Source of the DNA: Yuukianura sp. NJ FZ-2021
Taxonomy: Eukaryota
Assembly: GCA_046563655.1 (NCBI GenBank)
Contig: CM102286.1
Coordinates: 14,322,001-14,386,000 of the forward strand
DNA length: 64,000 bases
Direction: 5' to 3'
Position 1 is the first letter of the stretch. Every line of letters starts with the position of its first letter. Below, one piece after another: positions 58,917-64,000 of the stretch. The notes under the pieces are model-generated. The model had not been told where the DNA came from and did not search any database. It saw nothing but the letters and a program-made list of their open reading frames with translations. The translations under genes and the position numbers were made by a program.

Positions 58917-60308
58917 TTAAATTGGAATTTTCATGGAGAGTTTCATGTTTGAAATTTTTTGTTGAATTTCTTCAACTTCTTTCAACCGATTTTTCGTTTG
59001 TTCAACGTTATCAATCGATACAGGATTTGACGTGAGAGTGTTCAGGCGATCCCAGTTTTTCAAAAATTCGCGCTGAAAATCTTCCAGTCCAAGCGTTTTT
59101 GGTTCGTATTTGGATACTGTAGGATCGGAAGTTCCGAACGGAGCCTTCGGTCCTTCGTAGTTTTCGGCTTTCCTATTGGCTGAACCGTTCAGCTGAAGTT
59201 GGCGTGCCGTTTTTTGAAATGCCATTCTCGCTTCTCTGTCACGCATGCGCTGCAAAATGGCTTCTTTTTGGTTGGCCAACTTGCGCTGAACGCTGATTCT
59301 CAGTTCTTCTTGGACGCTGGACAGGATTTGACTTGAAGTTGGACCGGTATGGGCAACATGTCGCCAAAGGGCATCCGAGTACAAGGCTTTCAGCGCTTTT
59401 GATTTTGGAATCATCAGCGATTCCAAAACGCTGGAATCGCTTTTCGAATCACCGCTGCTGCCCAGTTGACCAGAATCTTTTCTGCGCATGCTCAGTGGCG
59501 GGAAAAGTGTTACAGCTTCGTCCAGATCATACTCGCTCATGGTATCATCGTGCTCCAGCATTTCAGGATGCTGGACCCTATCGGCCAAGTACTTGAGAAT
59601 CCCGGGCGTTCCTGATTGGACAATTTTTGGAGGCGGGTCAATGACGGGATTCCCACGCAGTTGGATCGTCGTTAGTTCCTGGGCCAAGTACAGCGTCAGA
59701 GGGAGTCTCACGATTTGGTTATTCTGCAAAAGCAGAGTTCGGAGAGCTTCGTGTGGCCTCGTGAGTTCCGGAAGTTGCCGAACCTTGTTGTTTCGGATGT
59801 CGAGCCAAGCGAGACTTGGAAGATCGTCGAACAAGTTATAAGGAAGGTCGCGGAGAGAGTTATCGTTGAGATAGATGATTCTGAGGGGCGGAGTAAATCC
59901 AAAAATTGAGGCGGGAACTTGTTCCAAATTTAAATTTGGAATTGTGAGGACCCCATTGGACAACTTCTTTTCGAACTTTTTGTAAGTCCAAGGTTCTTCT
60001 CCGCTTGTAATTGACGTAGTGGACTTTGGTCGTTTTGTGATCAGTGATGCTGATGACGAGGGTGCTGCAGAAGAGGGATTCAGTTTCCATTGTTTGGGGT
60101 CAAATGGAATCAGCGGATACAGGAATTGACCGCATTTGTCTTCGTAAAAGTTCGGAATGACTGAAATTCATAACAATTTTTGATAATTTTTGAAAAAATC
60201 GAAAAAAAATTTCCCAAGTTTGAACTTACCTTCGCAAATTTTCTGCTCAGACAGCTTCTGTTGACGCAGGTCTCGTTGAACTTTTCGCAAGTTCGTTGTA
60301 ATGTCCAT
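58917..60308 (-). CDS. Leucine-rich repeat protein, LRRC27-like; exons 60308-60230 and 60160-58917 (approximate)
   Basis: LAWLDIRNNKV, LRTLLLQNNQIVRLPL, LRGNPVIDPPPKIVQSGTPGILKYL and a C-terminal coiled coil; a short first exon splices in phase 1 into the same frame. Confidence 0.8.
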
Positions 60309-60878
60309 GATTTTAAAGGCAAAAAAACATTGATGTTTTATGTATGCAATTACTCAATCTCGGTATGATTTTATTTCATAAAGTGAAAAAGGACTTTCAA
60401 AAATGTCAAACTTTTTCAAAAAAAAAAGTTTCAAGACGAACAGCAGGAGCTGAAAAATAAACAAAAATGTTGCATCGATATTTAAAACTTGTTGCCATGG
60501 TTATGAAGCTCATGTATTATGCTAGAAAGTTTCGGTTAAAGTCTGAAGTCCTGCAAAAATTAGCGAAATATGTTAATATTACTGCGGGGTTAATTAAAGT
60601 AAATTAATTAAAGTAATTAATTAAAGTAATTTTTTTTTACAGAAGTCATTTACATAAGATCGCCCATGAAAGAGATTTCTTAGCGTTGCTTTGTTTTGGG
60701 CGGGAAACTTTTGGCGGTTTGAAAATTCAAAAGTTTCTTTGTTTTTGTTTTGAGTTTTTCAAACAGCTGACATCAAATAGAAAAAAGTGTCAATTTTATT
60801 TTAATGTTGCGTTAACTTTAATTAATTAGTAACTCGCTAATTGAATTAAACTAATTACTTTGCAATAGGTTTGGGAAA

Positions 60879-61417
60879 ATGACGGAGACAATTGGAGCTC
60901 GAGAAAAGAAAATCGCCACACAGACATTGGCTCCGTTTCTAAGAAGTCTCGTAGGTCATGTCACCTTTGTGGAACTACGAAACGGAAACCAAGTTCGAGG
61001 GGTCGTTGTAGCCACTGATTGGTAAGCCATAAGAAAGTAATTAAACTTCTTCTGGACAACTCTGGACGTCTTTTTATCATTTAGTTTCATGAACGTTACA
61101 ATGGAGGATGTGACCATGGCCAATTGCAACGGGGTTCTCGGAAAATTTCCATTTTTCTTTGTACATAACAAGTTTATTACTACAATCAACATACCACACG
61201 AGGTTAGTAACAGATTCAACTTCTAGTCTTATCGGGCAAATAAAACTGACGTTAATTTACATCGTATGTTAAGGTGGATGCTCCTGGAGAATTGATAAAT
61301 CAAGTGGACATTGCCACTGGAGCTAAACGGAAAAGAGAGTTGAAGGCAGCGAGGGAAAGACGAGCCAGGTTCCTTCTTCTGAAAGAGAAACGACGACATG
61401 CAACTGAAACTGCTTAA
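60879..61417 (+). CDS. LSM10: U7 snRNA-associated Sm-like protein LSm10 (3 exons)
   Basis: TLAPFLRSLVGHVTFVELRNGNQVRGVVVATDCFMNVTMEDV (Sm1) ... FFVHNKFITTINIPHEV (Sm2), with a basic tail. Confidence 0.8.
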
Positions 61418-61692
61418 AGTATTTCCAATCAATTTCCATTTTAATTATTCAATTACCAACCGACAAAATATTTGTCACCAGCAGTCCATGATCCACATAC
61501 ATCTTTTACAGGTCATGATCATGGGCGAACATCTATCATGTAACATCTATGTATTATCTATCATCCTGTCTCTATCTTTTCTCCCAATGTCAGTCCACTG
61601 TAACTCCTTCATCTCGACACACCAGAAACAAGTCAAGTTGATGTTGGCGTTACGAGTTCATCAACAAGAATTTAGTTTCAGTTCGGTACAAC

Positions 61693-62784
61693 ATGGAAGG
61701 TCAAGGTCAAGGTCACAAAAGTAACAACGGAAGACCAACTTCCCTTGCACTCAAATCACCCACTGATGGGAGCCCTTTCAAAATGGACGGCGGTAGAGCA
61801 TCTAAAGTTTCGCCAGGAGCGGATGTTGACCTCAAGTCCCCTTCTAAATCTTTTCTTAGTCGCAGTGGACCTCCACCAGGATTCGGAACGATTCCGAACA
61901 TTCGCATAAGTCCAGCATCTTCACGCTGTTCCAGTGCTGGAGGCCGAACTCCAGATTTCTCGTTCGGTAGTAGAGCTTCCGAGTCTTCGTCTTCGTTTAA
62001 TACTCCAAGTCCAAATGAACTGGATCGGCATGAAATTGTACGACGACGCATTGCTGCTCTTCTGGATGGATATGCCAAGGCAAAGAAACTGGAGCTAAGC
62101 ATTCTGGGTTTAGTGGAAGCTAGTTTTCCAGGTATGCTATTACTAAATTAGTTAAAAATTATGTCGATTAATTTGTTGTGTCATGTTTATAGGCGAGAAG
62201 CTTCATATCTTCCTGGACACTTTGGCTCGACAGATCCTTTGCGAAGCTTCTATGCAAAATGGACACCGAATTGCTGCCGTGTTGGTCAGAGCTATGATTA
62301 AGCGTGGATCTATTCAGGAATCGGAGGTCAGGAAACAAAATTCTTTGTAATTTGTACCGTTTCGTCCATGAAGTCCGATTTTGAGAGAATTTTTGAAAAA
62401 TTTTGATTTTTGTGTTCTGATTATCCAAGGTTTTCGAAACCATATCCAACGGTGTCATCAAGGACTTGGGGAATCTTCTCGTTTTGCCCCAGGTAGAAAC
62501 GTTTAGTATTCGAAAATGATCTTGACCTTGACTTTTTTCAATTGTTTCGTATTTAAATCGTTGTTAACTTTCAGGGGACGGGAGAACTCGCTGGATTCTT
62601 GACCGACTTGTTCCTGACTGAACCCGACCTCAAATGGCTCCTGACCTTGACAAATAAATTGCCACGTGAAGCTCCCATTTGTACTGAACTGGTTCACGGT
62701 GTCGTCGAGAGCTTGAAACTTCGTGTTCCTTTGGCCGAAGTTCAGAATCGCATCCAGAAAACACTGCAACATGGATGGCAATGA
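61693..62784 (+). CDS. Protein with a Ser/Pro-rich disordered N-terminus and an MA3 (MI)-like helical domain; exons 61693-62131, 62193-62326, 62430-62492, 62575-62784
   Basis: Exons join in frame. RRRIAALLDGY...EKLHIFLDTL...RIAAVLVRAMIKRGSI...GELAGFLTDLF resembles the recalled eIF4G/PDCD4 MA3 pattern. The gene is well supported; the domain call is inference. Confidence 0.6.
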
Positions 62785-63280
62785 ATGGAATGAGACACTT
62801 GACATCGCAAAGGAGTTGATGCTGACACGAACTCCTAGAAAGCACCAGACGGACTTAAGCTTAATCTTAATTATCGTTGTTTTTTGTTAACGTTTTGTTT
62901 TAGTTTAAAACTTTGTTATTATTATTCGTTTTACATCAGCTGATTCAGCATCAGCTGTTTACGCACTGACGTATTGCGTTTGTACATTTTTAGCCTTCCG
63001 TCGTGTAAAATAAAAAGTGTCTATTCCGAAAACGTTACAAAAACGATTGATTGTAATGTCTGCTTCCACGCCTGCGTAAATGTGTTCATAACACCGGCCG
63101 GCGTGGCGTGACGTGTCTGTTCCTCCTCCGTCCTCTCGTACTCGTGTGAAAAAATCTCCTTCCCTTGGCTTGGCTTGGCTCATCTCTCTTTCATCTCTCA
63201 GTCTGTTGCTGGATCTTCTGCCGTCCGTTCGTCTGCTGTCAATTGATCTGTCCATACTGAACAAGGTACACTACTTATTT

Positions 63281-63622
63281 CATACTCCGAAACCTCGAGT
63301 TTCCGAGGGGGGTGTCCCGACGGCAAATCAGGGTGGGGGGTGTCCCGTGAGGTACCGATTTTCGTGTTAAAGCACAAAAATGGCTTGAAAACAATGCTCG
63401 CGCCGTAGGCGCGACGAAATGTTGAGTTTTTGGCGCTCAAAATTGGTGAAAAGCCTCGAAATACATTAGAAAAGTAGCCATCGCGACGAAGGCGCGACCG
63501 ATTTTCGTATTTTAGGTCTCTTCGAGAGCGTTCGGACACCCCTGAGAGGCGGGGGGTGTCCCTCGGACCTCCCCTCGAGGGGGGTGTCCCCGAAATACAT
63601 AGACTAGAGGTTTCGGAGTATG
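63281..63622. mobile_element. hAT-type MITE upstream of the FABP coding exon
   Basis: 16-bp perfect TIR catactccgaaacctc/gaggtttcggagtatg; perfect 8-bp TSD acttattt; internal gggggtgtccc subterminal repeats. Confidence 0.9.
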
Positions 63623-63916
63623 ACTTATTTCCTTTTATTGAACGGTTATTAGGGTAAGTGGATTATTAGTTTACGTAGGGAAAGACACGGAAGTTAGTAA
63701 AAACCCCACAATTCGAAGTTGTGACATAATAATGTTCCAGGATTGACGAAAACATTGACATTCGACATGACATGAAGACACGAATTGGTTCTCCTGAGTT
63801 TGTCCATGGCATCATTAGGGAACGGGAAATTACTTTAAGCCTTTTTTTAAAGTTTAAGGTTTGCTAATTGGTTTTGTTTTTGGTCCATACAGGCGTCCCT
63901 AACAGTTTGATACAAG

Positions 63917-63986
63917 ATGACTGACATCACTGGCAAGTATGAACTGGTCAAGAGCGAGAACTTCGACGAGTACATGGCAGAAGTTG
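63917..63986 (+). CDS. Fatty acid-binding protein, first coding exon (continues beyond the window)
   Basis: MTDITGKYELVKSENFDEYMAEVG followed by the phase-1 donor gtgagt typical of FABP genes. Confidence 0.88.
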
Positions 63987-64000
63987 GTGAGTACATTTTT

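Noticed and set aside
62959..63539. ORFs upstream of FABP
   Set aside because: They overlap a MITE and probable promoter or 5' UTR sequence, with no recognisable protein features.

Overview
This is eukaryotic, AT-rich, gene-dense DNA with many short GT-AG introns. Gene content and style suggest an arthropod, possibly a springtail such as Folsomia; that attribution is inference only. Genes in order: conventional PKC with two alternative terminal exons; an ExoU/VipD-type patatin phospholipase ending in a CaaX box; HDHD2; a 2OG-Fe(II) oxygenase; three gustatory-receptor-like paralogs interrupted by LRRC51; five tandem CYP2-clan P450s, one apparently chimeric; an F-box gene; a full-length ABCB/P-glycoprotein with both composite ATPase sites degenerate; a tetraspanin-like protein; DHRS7; purple acid phosphatase ACP7; a truncated HIP1/Sla2-type ANTH gene missed by the ORF track; a duplication relic (ACP7 exon 1 plus LRRC27 3' tail); LRRC27-like; LSM10; a stand-alone MA3-like protein; and the first coding exon of a FABP. 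Several hAT-type MITEs with 8-bp target-site duplications (TSDs) are present. One inserted inside a 5' splice site and appears to supply a new GC donor. No CRISPR array, rRNA or intact tRNA was seen. All gene models were spliced by hand and family assignments come from recalled motifs, not database searches.
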